Assembly (NCBI GenBank): GCA_964549145.1
Contig: CAZJUK010000001.1
Span: forward strand, 2,700-66,699
Origin: an uncultured Methylophilaceae bacterium
GTDB lineage: Bacteria; Pseudomonadota; Gammaproteobacteria; Burkholderiales; Methylophilaceae
DNA length: 64,000 nucleotides
Direction of reading: 5' to 3'
Under the pieces are notes generated by a model. It ran no database searches, had not been told where the DNA came from, and saw only the letters and a program-made list of their open reading frames with translations. Position numbers and translations under genes: made by a program. Shown here piece after piece: positions 1-10,212 of this stretch (positions are counted from its first letter, which is position 1; each line of letters opens with the position of its first letter).

Positions 1-352
1 CAGGGTCTGCCGTACGTGCCATCGCAATGGTCCCTTTTTCATTGAGAAGGCCATTATCTGCTTCATTTTTAATTGGGGCGCGAGTTGGTTTTTCGAATAA
101 GTCACGTTCGAAACCACCACCTTGTATCATGAAGTTTCTAATCACGCGATGAAAGATTGTGTTTTTATAGAAACCATCTTCAATGTATGTTAAAAAGTTT
201 TCAACTGTCTTTGGAGCCTTTTCAGGATAAAGCTCAACTGTGAAGTCGCCTTGGCTAGTTTCGAAATTCACATGTACTGCTGCATGAGTATTCGTACTGA
301 ATGCAATAAGTAAAAGTGAGGACAAAAAGAATTTTAATAAGTGATTTTTCAT
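1..352 (-). CDS. ppiA: periplasmic cyclophilin-type peptidyl-prolyl cis-trans isomerase (N-terminal part; C-terminus runs off the left edge of the window)
   Basis: Own translation of the reverse strand from ATG 350-352: [81 protein letters not shown]... This gives a signal peptide plus the cyclophilin signature [14 protein letters not shown]. Not in the ORF track because it is truncated. Confidence 0.85.
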   Translation of the reverse strand, partial: MKNHLLKFFLSSLLLIAFSTNTHAAVHVNFETSQGDFTVELYPEKAPKTVENFLTYIEDGFYKNTIFHRVIRNFMIQGGGFERDLFEKPTRAPIKNEADNGLLNEKGTIAMARTADP

Positions 353-357
353 ATTGT

Positions 358-1644
358 TTATGCAGCGCCTTCGTAAATAATTTTCCATGCGTTGTTTTCA
401 TATTGCCAATATTGCCGTTTACGCATTTTATTTTTCAATGTTGGGCTCTTGTAATATTGATCAAAATCGATAACTACAAGAGGCTGGTTTTTCATGGTGC
501 TGTTTTTGGTATTGTTATTACTTACAGTTGGGTAGCCGAAAATACTGATATTGGTTATCTCAATAGTTACTTTAGGTTTTGTACTTTGCACGCCTTGTTT
601 ATGCGCTTTCCATTCTGAAAAGTTACCTTTTGAGTAAAAGAAGTCGTTAGAGTAATGGCTAAGATACTGCTTTGTATTTTGTGAAACCCAATCTTCACGC
701 CATTTTTCTAATTCAGTATTAAGTGATTTGATCTCTATTTTTTTAAAATTGGTTTTGGTGCTGTCAATCCAATCTATATTGTCTGAAATGATTACTGGCG
801 TGTTCCCTTTTTGTAGAATAGGAGATAAAGCACGTATATCTGGATTGCTTAATACGACACAACCATCGCTTGCGCGTGGTGGGCGGCTGTAGGTGTCTTT
901 TGGCGTGCCGTGCAACCAGATACCATTACCAGTTTTCTTTTCATGACGATCAAGTTCATTTGGGTAGTTGAGTGGATAAGCGCTGTCACCATAAAACTCA
1001 GATAAAGGAGTCGCGATTTTTTTGTTGGCAAAATAAACGCCTACAGGTGTTCGTTTATCACCCTCAACTTTTTTATCGGAACCATTTTTGCCAATTGTAG
1101 TGTAGTAATCTGCAACATACTCCAAACCAGAATCTAACTTTCTGTATAGAAATAATCTTGACTTGACGGTATCGATTAAAATTAAATGTTGTTGCGACTC
1201 GTTCATTTGTACCGGGATGTTTGGGGTTAGGCGACGAGCATCTTTTGAAAAGTAGTAATTCATGCGGGTTCTTGCTTCATCACGCAATGCTTCAATTTCC
1301 GCGTAGTTTTTTTTGCTAGCTTTAGTATTTTCAAGATTGCCAATATTGGCTAAGGTTTGCGAGTGCACACTCAACAAATCACCTTGAATAAGATGAGCTA
1401 GTTTGAAATTAGGTGCTTTTTTGATGAGCTTATTCACCGTTAACATGGCTTGCTTAGTATTGCCTTGTGTAATTTCTACCAAACTTTTGATGAGCAAGTT
1501 CTCTATCACGTCTTCACTAACCTGTGAAGATAGACTTTTTTTGTTCCAACTGCCTGTGTTTACTGCTGTTGCGTTCCACGGTAAAAATGCAATGCATATT
1601 AGCAGGCTATATTGAAAAATCTTTAATTTCTTGTTTGAGAACAT
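358..1644 (-). CDS. L,D-transpeptidase family protein (YkuD domain), secreted
   Basis: 428 aa ORF with an N-terminal signal peptide. YkuD catalytic motif [21 protein letters not shown] (His ... Ser/Thr-x-Gly-Cys). Ends 6 nt upstream of the ppiA start. Confidence 0.8.
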   Translation of the reverse strand: MFSNKKLKIFQYSLLICIAFLPWNATAVNTGSWNKKSLSSQVSEDVIENLLIKSLVEITQGNTKQAMLTVNKLIKKAPNFKLAHLIQGDLLSVHSQTLANIGNLENTKASKKNYAEIEALRDEARTRMNYYFSKDARRLTPNIPVQMNESQQHLILIDTVKSRLFLYRKLDSGLEYVADYYTTIGKNGSDKKVEGDKRTPVGVYFANKKIATPLSEFYGDSAYPLNYPNELDRHEKKTGNGIWLHGTPKDTYSRPPRASDGCVVLSNPDIRALSPILQKGNTPVIISDNIDWIDSTKTNFKKIEIKSLNTELEKWREDWVSQNTKQYLSHYSNDFFYSKGNFSEWKAHKQGVQSTKPKVTIEITNISIFGYPTVSNNNTKNSTMKNQPLVVIDFDQYYKSPTLKNKMRKRQYWQYENNAWKIIYEGAA

Positions 1645-1711
1645 GAGGTTTATTTTTTTGTCATTACTCTTGGAGCTGGCTCGATATGTTTTTAGCTAGC
1701 GCATTAAAATT

Positions 1712-2692
1712 TTAGTTAGATGCGATTTCTTGATTAATTAACCAAGCGCCGTCTACATTCTTCATGATCAAAGTTTTGTTGGTATATATGGGGCGGCTGT
1801 TACCTTTGTAATATTGCTTAAAGCTAACTTTAGCATTGCTCTCATCAACCAATTCTACTTTCCCATCACTAATATTTAAAGTGATTTGAGATGGAGATGT
1901 TACGCGAGTTTTACGTGTTTTTTTCCAATTAATATAACTTGCGCCTTTCGCCGGTTTAAAAGATGCCGCATAACTTGCATAGTAATCATCAATATTTTGG
2001 CTTGACCACGCCGTAGACCAATTATTGACTGCTTGCATAATTTCGTCCTCAATATTAGAGTTTACAGCAGGCTCAGCTGCCACAGTGACCATTTCAGCTG
2101 ACGGTGTCTCTACTTTTTTGTTTGCTGGTCGAATTGGTTTAGTATCTTTTGTGGCTAATGCTGTGTTGCTATCAGTGCTAAATAAACTAGTAATTAATGA
2201 AAGTTTGCTTTCGGCACGTGTATTGGCATTATCTAATTTCAATGCTTTGTCGTAAGCTTCTGAAGCCATTCGTGCATATATATCACCTAAGTTTTCATGT
2301 GCGGTTGCATAACTTGGATGCGTTTTAATTGCGGTTTCCAGCGCTTTTCTTGCCATATCATATTGGCCAGCTTCTGCATGCAATACAGCTAAGTTGTTGT
2401 ATGGCTCAGGTAAGTTTGGGTATTGCTTTGTTAAATCAGTAAATGTTGCAATAGCTTCATCGCGTTGATCACTTTCGGCCAGAATAATGCCTTTCATAAA
2501 CATGCCTTGTGCATCTTTAGGGTTCGCATCAAGGTAACTGTTAATACGTTTTAATGCCGCGACTTTTTGGCCTTGTTCTGCCAGTTGGCTGATATCTTTA
2601 AGTTCGTCCGCATTCACAGAGAAGCTGAATAAGGCGCCGCTAAAGATTGCAACTGCAACTATCTTTTTGAGTAAAAGGCTTTGAATTGTCAT
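1712..2692 (-). CDS. TPR-repeat protein with a C-terminal NTF2/SnoaL-like domain, secreted
   Basis: 326 aa with a signal peptide. TPR-like repeats (AQGMFMKGIILAESDQRDEAI..., YNNLAVLHAEAGQYDMARKALETAI..., HENLGDIYARM...). Has the conserved position between cysS and ppiA seen in Betaproteobacteria. Confidence 0.7.
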   Translation of the reverse strand: MTIQSLLLKKIVAVAIFSGALFSFSVNADELKDISQLAEQGQKVAALKRINSYLDANPKDAQGMFMKGIILAESDQRDEAIATFTDLTKQYPNLPEPYNNLAVLHAEAGQYDMARKALETAIKTHPSYATAHENLGDIYARMASEAYDKALKLDNANTRAESKLSLITSLFSTDSNTALATKDTKPIRPANKKVETPSAEMVTVAAEPAVNSNIEDEIMQAVNNWSTAWSSQNIDDYYASYAASFKPAKGASYINWKKTRKTRVTSPSQITLNISDGKVELVDESNAKVSFKQYYKGNSRPIYTNKTLIMKNVDGAWLINQEIASN

Positions 2693-2852
2693 TGTGATAT
2701 ACTATTTTTGTATAAGTAGAACCGTATTCTACCAATAGGATTGCCAACATCCAATAGCTCATTAGCATTTAGGTGTAAATAATTGGTTCTATTATGATTC
2801 TTGGTTGTTTTGGTTCAAATTTCACTGTCATTTTTCACGGTATTTTCATCGC

Positions 2853-4244
2853 ATGTTAAAAGTTTATAACACCCTTGCTCGCGACAAACAGTCTTTCACT
2901 CCAATAGAACCTAAAAAAGTCCGTATATACGTCTGTGGTATGACTGTTTACGACTACTGTCATCTTGGTCATGCACGCGTTATGGTGGTGTTCGATATGG
3001 TGGCTCGTTGGTTCCGCGCATCCGGTTACGAAGTTACTTATGTCCGTAATATCACTGATGTCGATGACAAAATTATTCAGCGGGCACGTGAAAATGGAGA
3101 GACAATCGAAGTTCTGACACAGCGTTTTATCGATGCGATGGATGAAGACTCAACTAAACTTGGCGTTATTCGTCCAGATACAGAGCCACGTGCAACGACG
3201 CATATTGATGGCATGGTCGATATGATTAAGAAACTGATAGAGAAAGGCCATGCTTACCATGCAGAAAACGGTGACGTGTTTTTCAGTGTGAGGAGCTTCG
3301 CGAGCTATGGAAAATTGTCAGGGAAAAGTTTAGACGATTTGCAGGCAGGGGAACGCGTTGACATTAATGCTAATAAAAAAGACCCAATGGATTTTGTGCT
3401 GTGGAAATCCGTCAAGCCCAATGAGCCAAACTGGCCGTCGCCTTGGGGTGTAGGTCGGCCTGGCTGGCATATTGAGTGTTCGGCGATGAGCACAAAACAT
3501 TTAGGTGAGCATTTTGACATCCATGGCGGTGGACAAGATTTGCAGTTTCCACATCATGAGAATGAAATAGCACAAAGTGAAGCTACCCATGGCTGTCAAA
3601 TGGCAAATTATTGGATGCATAATGGTTTCGTACGCGTAGATCAAGAAAAAATGTCTAAGTCCTTAGGTAATTTTTTCACTATTCGTGAAGTGTTAAAAAA
3701 ATATGACCCAGAAGTTGTAAGGTTTTTTATCTTACGTGCGCATTATCGCAGTCCATTAAACTATAGTGATAAGCATTTAGATGATGCTAAAGTAGCTCTG
3801 ACAAGGCTATATACTGCCTTATCTAATGAAGTGAGTGTTCAGAAAATTGATTGGAATCATCAACAGGCAAAGCAGTTTAAAGAAGCAATGGATGATGATT
3901 TTAATACAGCAGAGGCAATGGCCGTGCTGTTTGGTTTAGCTAAAACTAAAACTGTTGAGTCGATAGTGCTCCTGAAAAGCTTGGGTGCTATTTTGGGTTT
4001 GCTGCAACACGATCGAGAAGCTTTTCTACAGCGCAAACATCTTGCTTTAGATATTGAGCTAGATGAATTTAATTTAGTTAATCCTGGTATTAGCGATGAA
4101 GAGATTAACGCAAATATAGAGTTGAGATTGCAGGCAAAAAAAGCCAAAGACTATGCTAAGGCTGACCGCATTCGGCAAGTATTAGCTGGTTCAGGCATTA
4201 CTTTAGAAGATACGGGTAAGGGCACCACTTGGCGCCGTAGCTAG
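2853..4244 (+). CDS. cysS: cysteine--tRNA ligase
   Basis: Class I synthetase motifs CHLGHAR (HIGH-type) and KMSKSLGN. Start moved from the ORF-track 2805 to ATG 2853 ([13 protein letters not shown]...), the typical CysRS N-terminus. Confidence 0.95.
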   Translation: MLKVYNTLARDKQSFTPIEPKKVRIYVCGMTVYDYCHLGHARVMVVFDMVARWFRASGYEVTYVRNITDVDDKIIQRARENGETIEVLTQRFIDAMDEDSTKLGVIRPDTEPRATTHIDGMVDMIKKLIEKGHAYHAENGDVFFSVRSFASYGKLSGKSLDDLQAGERVDINANKKDPMDFVLWKSVKPNEPNWPSPWGVGRPGWHIECSAMSTKHLGEHFDIHGGGQDLQFPHHENEIAQSEATHGCQMANYWMHNGFVRVDQEKMSKSLGNFFTIREVLKKYDPEVVRFFILRAHYRSPLNYSDKHLDDAKVALTRLYTALSNEVSVQKIDWNHQQAKQFKEAMDDDFNTAEAMAVLFGLAKTKTVESIVLLKSLGAILGLLQHDREAFLQRKHLALDIELDEFNLVNPGISDEEINANIELRLQAKKAKDYAKADRIRQVLAGSGITLEDTGKGTTWRRS

Positions 4245-4275
4245 TGTTCAATTCTTCTTATTGCTTAGTGTGTAT

Positions 4276-5388
4276 TCAACTAACTAGTCTATGGATCTTT
4301 GCTTGATTGCGGCCTGCATTTTTTGCCTCATGCATTGCCTCTGTGGCATGGCTTAGTAAGGCTGTCAATGTTTTGCCAATATCAGCTACACCAAAGCTAG
4401 CTGTTATTGGGTATGGGGTTTCGCCGAGATTCAAAGCTGAAGAGGTTCCTATCTCTTTTTTAAGTTGGTTTGCTGTTTCTAACGCTCGTGTACTTGTGGT
4501 ATTCGGTATTAATATCACAAATTCTTGCCCATCATAACGACATAAATAATCAACCTTGCGTACGTTTTTTTTGATTAGCCCTGCTATCTTAGCTAGTACT
4601 TCATCGCCAATGGCATGCCCTAGGTCGTCATTTATTTTTTTAAACTGATCAATATTCATTATTAATAGACTGACAGGTTCGTTATTTTGTTTACATGCCT
4701 CAAACAAAAGACTTGCTTCATTAAAAAAAGCATGACGATTATATAAACCAGTTAATGTATCAATTTTTGTCATATTTTCACTATGTATTTTAGCTTCTAA
4801 TAAGTGATAAGCTGACTCAAGATTATGCTTCATATTTTTTTCCGCACCAAAGCTAGAAAAGATGAATGCTATATATAGAAAAATTCCACCGATAGCAATA
4901 TTAGAAGTCTGGTAGCCATTTAGTGTAAATAGGGCAGCAATCATCGGTAATAATGCAATTGATATGCAAGCTATTTGTAAATAGTGTAAAGAGGAATACC
5001 AATTAAAAGCAACGATGGTTAAGCTAATGGAGAATATACAAAGGATAAATACATTGATTAAATTATCTTTAGGCATAAACCAAATAAGTCCTGCACTCCA
5101 ACATAAATACAATATTAGCAAGCTTATTACATAGGCACGCTCCCATTTTAAAACATCACCATGCTGTGGGTTAGTGCGTTTAAATTGCAGTACTACTATA
5201 AAACGAATTGAGGCTAGGCTTGCTATGGTGGCTAACCACCATACCAAGTGTGCTGTGTCTATACTAAGCCACAATGTGGCGACTAGTACTGCACCTGAAA
5301 TAACGCTCAGTATAATAGGCGCAAAGCTTTGGGCGTAGAGCAGTTTAATTCTTTCTACGTGAACAAATTTTTGTTTGGCTGTATTCAT
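4276..5388 (-). CDS. integral-membrane GGDEF-domain protein with degenerate active site (DGQEF) and intact RxxD I-site
   Basis: 370 aa. About 190 aa of hydrophobic helices come first, then a GGDEF fold (TGLYNRHAF..., LLIMNIDQFKKINDDLGHAIGDEVL...). The A-site reads RYDGQEF (nt 4519-4533) instead of RxGG(D/E)EF. RKVD (nt 4549-4560) sits at the canonical I-site spacing. Confidence 0.85.
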   Translation of the reverse strand: MNTAKQKFVHVERIKLLYAQSFAPIILSVISGAVLVATLWLSIDTAHLVWWLATIASLASIRFIVVLQFKRTNPQHGDVLKWERAYVISLLILYLCWSAGLIWFMPKDNLINVFILCIFSISLTIVAFNWYSSLHYLQIACISIALLPMIAALFTLNGYQTSNIAIGGIFLYIAFIFSSFGAEKNMKHNLESAYHLLEAKIHSENMTKIDTLTGLYNRHAFFNEASLLFEACKQNNEPVSLLIMNIDQFKKINDDLGHAIGDEVLAKIAGLIKKNVRKVDYLCRYDGQEFVILIPNTTSTRALETANQLKKEIGTSSALNLGETPYPITASFGVADIGKTLTALLSHATEAMHEAKNAGRNQAKIHRLVS

Positions 5389-5587
5389 ATGGTTATTTTT
5401 TTTAATTATTTATAAATATTACCATTAAATCATATTGATCATTGTCAACAATTGTTATTTATCATATGGTTAGGATATATAGAATTATCTTTATATGTTT
5501 AATGACTCAATTTTTGATCTTAATAATTAAATGAAGTTGGCCGTTAATAGGCTAAAATTAATAAAGTTTGTTTTTAGAAAGCGCATC

Positions 5588-6814
5588 ATGCCAGTCAAAT
5601 TATTCCCACCAAAAGCCGAATCTTTAATGCCAATTAGTGGCGTCGATTTAGGGCATGCAGAAGCGCATATTCGTCAAGCAGGGCGCAAAGACTTGTTGGT
5701 GATGACTTTAGCCGAAGGGAGCCATGTTGTTGGCGTGTTCACAGAAAATAGATTTTGTGCAGCACCAGTCACTGTGTGCAAAAAGCATCTAAGAGCCAAG
5801 CAAGGGATCCGCGCTTTATTAATTAACACCGGTTGCGCTAATGCGGGTTCGGGTGAGTCTGGCATGCGGCGTGCTGTTCAAAGTTGCGAAGCATTGGCCA
5901 AGCTTTTATCCTTAGCACCCACTCAAATATTACCGTTTTCCACGGGGGTGATTTTAGAGCCTCTGCCAATCGATAAACTTATTGCAGGCTTGCCAACTGC
6001 GATTAGTAATCTACAGCCAAAAAACTGGTTAAATGCAGCTCAATCAATTATGACCACAGATGTTGTGCCTAAAGGCACCTCAAGACAAGTTGAGATCGAC
6101 GGGCAGTTAATTGCCATCACTGGGATTAGTAAAGGCTCAGGGATGATACATCCTAATATGGCGACGATGCTAGCCTATATTGCAACGGATGCAAAAGTGA
6201 GCGAAAGCGCATTAAAGAAAATTATTAATTATGCAGTAAAACAATCGTTTAACAGCATTACGGTAGATGGCGATACATCGACTAACGATAGCTTTATGAT
6301 GATTGCTACCAACCAAGCAGAAAATAATGAAATTATAGAAAGCAGTCCGGCTTTTGACACATTAAGAGATGCGTTAACAGAAGTTGCTGTTGAGTTGGCG
6401 CAAGCAATTGTGCGCGATGGAGAAGGCGCAACTAAATTTATCACCGTATTAGTCGACGGTGGTCATACTGAAGTTGAGTGCCGCAAAGTGGCTTATGCAA
6501 TTGCACGCTCGCCTTTGGTTAAAACTGCATTTTTTGCTTCTGATCCCAACTTAGGCAGAATTCTATCTGCCATTGGCAATGCAGATGTTTCTAATTTAGA
6601 TGTTAATAAGGTCGGGCTTTATTTGGGCGATGTGCTGGTTGCGGAAAAAGGGTGTATTTCATCCATGTATAAAGAAGAACAAGTGTTAGCGATTATGCAA
6701 GCTCCGGAGATCCAAATGCGCATTGTGCTGAATAGAGGCGAAGCAAGTGCAACAATTTGGACCTGCGATCTTTCTTACGATTATGTGAAAATAAACGCAG
6801 ATTATCGTACTTAA
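5588..6814 (+). CDS. argJ: bifunctional ornithine acetyltransferase / N-acetylglutamate synthase
   Basis: ArgJ family throughout, including the autoprocessing region [15 protein letters not shown]. Start moved to ATG 5588 (MPVKLFPPK...); the ORF-track start 5531 is an upstream extension. Confidence 0.93.
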   Translation: MPVKLFPPKAESLMPISGVDLGHAEAHIRQAGRKDLLVMTLAEGSHVVGVFTENRFCAAPVTVCKKHLRAKQGIRALLINTGCANAGSGESGMRRAVQSCEALAKLLSLAPTQILPFSTGVILEPLPIDKLIAGLPTAISNLQPKNWLNAAQSIMTTDVVPKGTSRQVEIDGQLIAITGISKGSGMIHPNMATMLAYIATDAKVSESALKKIINYAVKQSFNSITVDGDTSTNDSFMMIATNQAENNEIIESSPAFDTLRDALTEVAVELAQAIVRDGEGATKFITVLVDGGHTEVECRKVAYAIARSPLVKTAFFASDPNLGRILSAIGNADVSNLDVNKVGLYLGDVLVAEKGCISSMYKEEQVLAIMQAPEIQMRIVLNRGEASATIWTCDLSYDYVKINADYRT

Positions 6815-6835
6815 CCATTAAGGTTTCATTCAATT

Positions 6836-7714
6836 ATGCACAAAAAACTTGATAATTTAATAGTGCGTGCAGAAGATTTAATCATCAAGCTGGAAGCGCT
6901 ACTACCAGCAACAACGGCTTCAATTGATTGGTCGGCATTTGCATGGCGTTGGACAACAACAAGCTTAGCTGGCACACTGCAAGCAATTACACACCCGCAT
7001 AGTGTTCAGCTAGAACATATTAAATTTGTTGATCAACAAAAAGCCGAGCTTGTGCGTAATACTCGCCAATTATTACAAGGATTAACTGCGAATAACGTCT
7101 TATTAACAGGCGCACGCGGTACGGGTAAGTCTTCTTTAATTAAAGCATTATTAACGAGTTTTTCAAAAGACGGCTTGCGTATGATTGAAGTTGAAAAGCA
7201 TGATTTAGTGAGCCTGCCTGAAATTGTAAGCTTAATAAGAAATCGCTCAGAAAAGTTTATTATTTATTGTGATGATTTGACTTTCGAAGCTGATGATATT
7301 GCCTATAAGGCATTAAAAGTAGTGTTGGATGGTTCGCTTGCTGATTCTTCTGAAAATATGTTGGTGTATGCGACCTCTAATCGAAAGCATCTGATGCCCG
7401 AATATATGGCTGATAATTTAGCAACTAAGCATGGCTTTGGTTTAAATGGGGATGATGAAATTAGACCTAGCGATACAATAGAAGAAAAAACTGCATTATC
7501 AGAACGTTTTGGTTTGTGGTTATCTTTTTATGCGTTTGGTCAAGATGAGTATTTATTCATTGCTGCCAATTGGCTGACGACTTTTGATTTGGCTTTCGAC
7601 GAGAAAGCGCGCTTAGCCGCGCTTGACTTCTCGCTGACGCGTGGCGCACGAAGTGGCCGTGTTGCTTATCAGTTTGCGCGAGATTATGCAGGAAAGCTCA
7701 AATTGCATGACTAA
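6836..7714 (+). CDS. AAA-type ATP-binding protein (DUF815 family)
   Basis: Walker A GARGTGKSS and Walker B-like FIIYCDDL. Has the conserved argJ-DUF815-mutT synteny. Confidence 0.8.
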   Translation: MHKKLDNLIVRAEDLIIKLEALLPATTASIDWSAFAWRWTTTSLAGTLQAITHPHSVQLEHIKFVDQQKAELVRNTRQLLQGLTANNVLLTGARGTGKSSLIKALLTSFSKDGLRMIEVEKHDLVSLPEIVSLIRNRSEKFIIYCDDLTFEADDIAYKALKVVLDGSLADSSENMLVYATSNRKHLMPEYMADNLATKHGFGLNGDDEIRPSDTIEEKTALSERFGLWLSFYAFGQDEYLFIAANWLTTFDLAFDEKARLAALDFSLTRGARSGRVAYQFARDYAGKLKLHD

Positions 7715-8681
7715 AGTGGTGCACGTCGCCGTCGGGATTATAAAAAATAAAAATGGCGAGTTGTTGCTAACTAGCCGTCCAAAAGGAAAGGGCTGGGCTG
7801 GTTGGTGGGAGTTTCCAGGCGGTAAAGTCGAGCAAGGTGAAACGCCTGAAAATGCGTTAATAAGAGAACTACAAGAAGAGGTTAGTATAAAGCCAACTGA
7901 AATTCAGCCTTGGTTGCAGCGCCGTTTTGATTATCCCAAAATACATGATGCAGAGGCAAAAACTGTGCTGTTATATTTCTTTTTTGTGACGGCTTGGCAA
8001 GGTGATGCTATTGCGATGGAAGGGCAAGATTTATCTTGGCAGTTACCCAACAAGTTGACGGTAGAGCCTGTGTTGCCAGCAAATGCGCCGATTATGAAAG
8101 CGCTTGCCTTACCTCCGGTTTATGCAATTAGTAATGTGTTGGAAATGGGGGAGGCTGATTTTTTAGTTAATCTTAAATGGCAATTAGAGCGTGGTCTAAA
8201 ACTCATACAGCTGTGTGAAAAGAACTTGAGTCGGCAGGCACTAATCAGTTTGGCAAAAAATATAGTGTCAATTACGAGGCCTTATCAAGCAAGAGTATTG
8301 ATTCAGGAAGGTGCTTCTTTTGCAAAGGCAGTGGGTGCCGATGGTGTGCATTTTTCAAGTGTCGAATTGATGAAGTTGAAAACCAAACCAAATGGTTTGT
8401 TCATCGCTGCATCTTGTCATAGTCTATCTGAGTTAGCCCACGCAGAAAAGTTGGGGTTAGATTTTGTAGTACTTTCGCCTATTAAACACAACCTAAGCCA
8501 TCATATAGTTAAACCACTTGGGTGGAAAGAATTTGCTAAATTAACTGAGGGTATGACTGTCCCTGTCTATGCTTTAGGCGGAATGCAGTTAAATGACATT
8601 CCTCAAGCATTATCATCTGGTGCGCGGGGTGTTGCTATGCAGCAAGGTGCCTGGGCAGGTGTTGATATTGGACATACTTAA
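7707..8681 (+). CDS. mutT: Nudix hydrolase (MutT-like 8-oxo-dGTP diphosphatase) fused to a ThiE/TenI-like domain
   Basis: Nudix box GGKVEQGETPENALIRELQEEVSI near the N-terminus. The C-terminal ~190 aa resemble thiamine-phosphate synthase/TenI (DGVHFSS..., DFVVLSPI..., PVYALGGM). Start taken at ATG 7707, which overlaps the upstream stop (ATGACTAA). Confidence 0.85.
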   Translation: MTKVVHVAVGIIKNKNGELLLTSRPKGKGWAGWWEFPGGKVEQGETPENALIRELQEEVSIKPTEIQPWLQRRFDYPKIHDAEAKTVLLYFFFVTAWQGDAIAMEGQDLSWQLPNKLTVEPVLPANAPIMKALALPPVYAISNVLEMGEADFLVNLKWQLERGLKLIQLCEKNLSRQALISLAKNIVSITRPYQARVLIQEGASFAKAVGADGVHFSSVELMKLKTKPNGLFIAASCHSLSELAHAEKLGLDFVVLSPIKHNLSHHIVKPLGWKEFAKLTEGMTVPVYALGGMQLNDIPQALSSGARGVAMQQGAWAGVDIGHT

Positions 8682-8688
8682 AAAGCAA

Positions 8689-9111
8689 TTATTCTTTAAC
8701 AGGAAGGGTAAACCTTTGATGTGTGATTTTATTATCTTTGTCTTTAAAGCAAAGTTTGAAATCAATGTTTTCGCCTGCTTTTAGTGGTGCTTTCAGATCA
8801 AACAGCATTAAATGAAAGCCGCCTGGTGCTAGTGTTGCTGGCTCGCCAGCTACTAAAGGCAGTTCTTCCATCATGCGCATTTTCATTACACCGTTATCCA
8901 TCGTCATGCTATGAATTTCTACCGTTTCAGCAGCATCGGTCTCAACATAAACCATGGTGCTATCTTGCGGGCTTTGTATCTTCATATAAGCTGCACCCAC
9001 ATCTTGACCTGGCGCACTTGGTCTCACCCACGCTTCGGTGATAGATACTTCAGTTTGTTGAGTGCAAGCAAACAATATGCTGAATGCAGTGATTAGGAGG
9101 AGTTTTTTCAT
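8689..9111 (-). CDS. periplasmic copper chaperone PCu(A)C (DUF461)
   Basis: Signal/lipobox-like N-terminus MKKLLLITAFSILFAC. Met/His copper-binding motifs (VEIHSMTMDNGVMKMRMM..., GGFHLMLFDLK). Start moved to ATG 9109-9111. Confidence 0.8.
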   Translation of the reverse strand: MKKLLLITAFSILFACTQQTEVSITEAWVRPSAPGQDVGAAYMKIQSPQDSTMVYVETDAAETVEIHSMTMDNGVMKMRMMEELPLVAGEPATLAPGGFHLMLFDLKAPLKAGENIDFKLCFKDKDNKITHQRFTLPVKE

Positions 9112-9158
9112 ATATTTACTTTCATCAGTGTATTTAAAGTTAAACATTGATGACAAAC

Positions 9159-9359
9159 TTAACTTATGTCATTTAGTTTAGTCGATGGCGTTTTTTCCGG
9201 GATTTTATAATTTTCACTCGCCCAATCACCTAAGTCGATCATTTTGCAGCGTTGCGAGCAAAATGGTCTATACGGGTTGTTAGGACCAAATTCTGATTGT
9301 ACTTTACAGTTTGGGCAAGCGACAAATTTCGCTTTTTTAGATGGGGTTGATGCTTGCAT
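9159..9359 (-). CDS. yacG: DNA gyrase inhibitor YacG (zinc finger)
   Basis: 66 aa with CPNC...[13 protein letters not shown], the typical YacG Zn-ribbon. Has the yacG-zapD-coaE synteny. Confidence 0.88.
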   Translation of the reverse strand: MQASTPSKKAKFVACPNCKVQSEFGPNNPYRPFCSQRCKMIDLGDWASENYKIPEKTPSTKLNDIS

Positions 9360-9405
9360 TTTAGCTAAATGATTTTTTCTGAAGAATTGATTAGAAAATT
9401 ATAAC

Positions 9406-10167
9406 TTATAATAAATTACATAATGTCATTTTAAAATCAATTTGGTCTTCGGATTGTTTTGGTTTTTGTATAAAGTCCGAGATGTTAAAACGTACATTAA
9501 CTGCATATTTGTTAGCGCTTACTTCAGGAAAGCTAATGCAGTCTTCAGCAACCTCAATTTTAACCATTTGTGCTGGTTTGTTACCTGCTAGCATTTGTTG
9601 ATAAAAGCCATCATTTGCTGTGTAATTATTAGTTTCTCCGCTACCACGCAGTATATGCAAAATACATTTGATCGATTCAAACATAGGGATAAGCGGGCTT
9701 ATCCAGCCATCCAAGTCGCTGCGGCGGCGATCATTACTAAAATTCAGCCAAAAATGATAAGAAGGTAAGTCAAATTGACATACACCTCCAGGAAAAACTG
9801 ATCGCTGTTTAATACTCATTAGCCATTCATTTTCACGTAAAAAATGACCAATTTTAGTGCTATCTTTACGCAAATTACTTGCATTGAATCCTAATTCATT
9901 AATCGTGTCATTCAGAATCTGTGTTGCGATTTTAGGGTTGCCTAACATGCCTTGCATAGTAGCGCGTTGCCTATCTAGCTCATTGATGAGATCGGCTTTG
10001 ATATCTGCACGTTCAATGATGTCTAGCATTTTCAAGAGCAACATTAGTGCGCTGTGATGATTGTTTTGTGAGGGCGTGTCTACGTGCAGCAGTACTTTTT
10101 TGAATAGATCTTCTAATCGTAAAAGTATGCGCACGCGTTCATTAAATGGAAATTCGTAGCTAGGCAC
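9406..10167 (-). CDS. zapD: cell division protein ZapD
   Basis: 253 aa. N-terminus YEFPFNERVRILLRLEDLF is typical of ZapD (YacF). Lies between coaE and yacG. Confidence 0.9.
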   Translation of the reverse strand: MPSYEFPFNERVRILLRLEDLFKKVLLHVDTPSQNNHHSALMLLLKMLDIIERADIKADLINELDRQRATMQGMLGNPKIATQILNDTINELGFNASNLRKDSTKIGHFLRENEWLMSIKQRSVFPGGVCQFDLPSYHFWLNFSNDRRRSDLDGWISPLIPMFESIKCILHILRGSGETNNYTANDGFYQQMLAGNKPAQMVKIEVAEDCISFPEVSANKYAVNVRFNISDFIQKPKQSEDQIDFKMTLCNLL

Positions 10168-10212
10168 TGATATAAAAGTCTGCCAATTATATATATTATT
10201 GATTAAGGTGAA

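Noticed and set aside
2805-2852. Upstream N-terminal extensions given by the ORF track for cysS (2805), argJ (5531), mutT (7641), PCuAC (9156), murJ (19117), ribF (20583), lspA (24543), the TBDR (27546) and gpsA (42038).
   Set aside because: The extensions have no homology-like N-terminal sequence, and several overlap the preceding gene. Internal ATG/TTG codons give the canonical family N-termini, often with an RBS, so the shorter starts were used.
5447-5456. Perfect 10-bp palindrome AACAATTGTT in the argJ / GGDEF divergent intergenic region. Considered as an ArgR or other operator.
   Set aside because: It does not resemble an ARG box (TNTGAATWWWWATTCANW). Short AT-rich palindromes are expected by chance in this AT-rich spacer.
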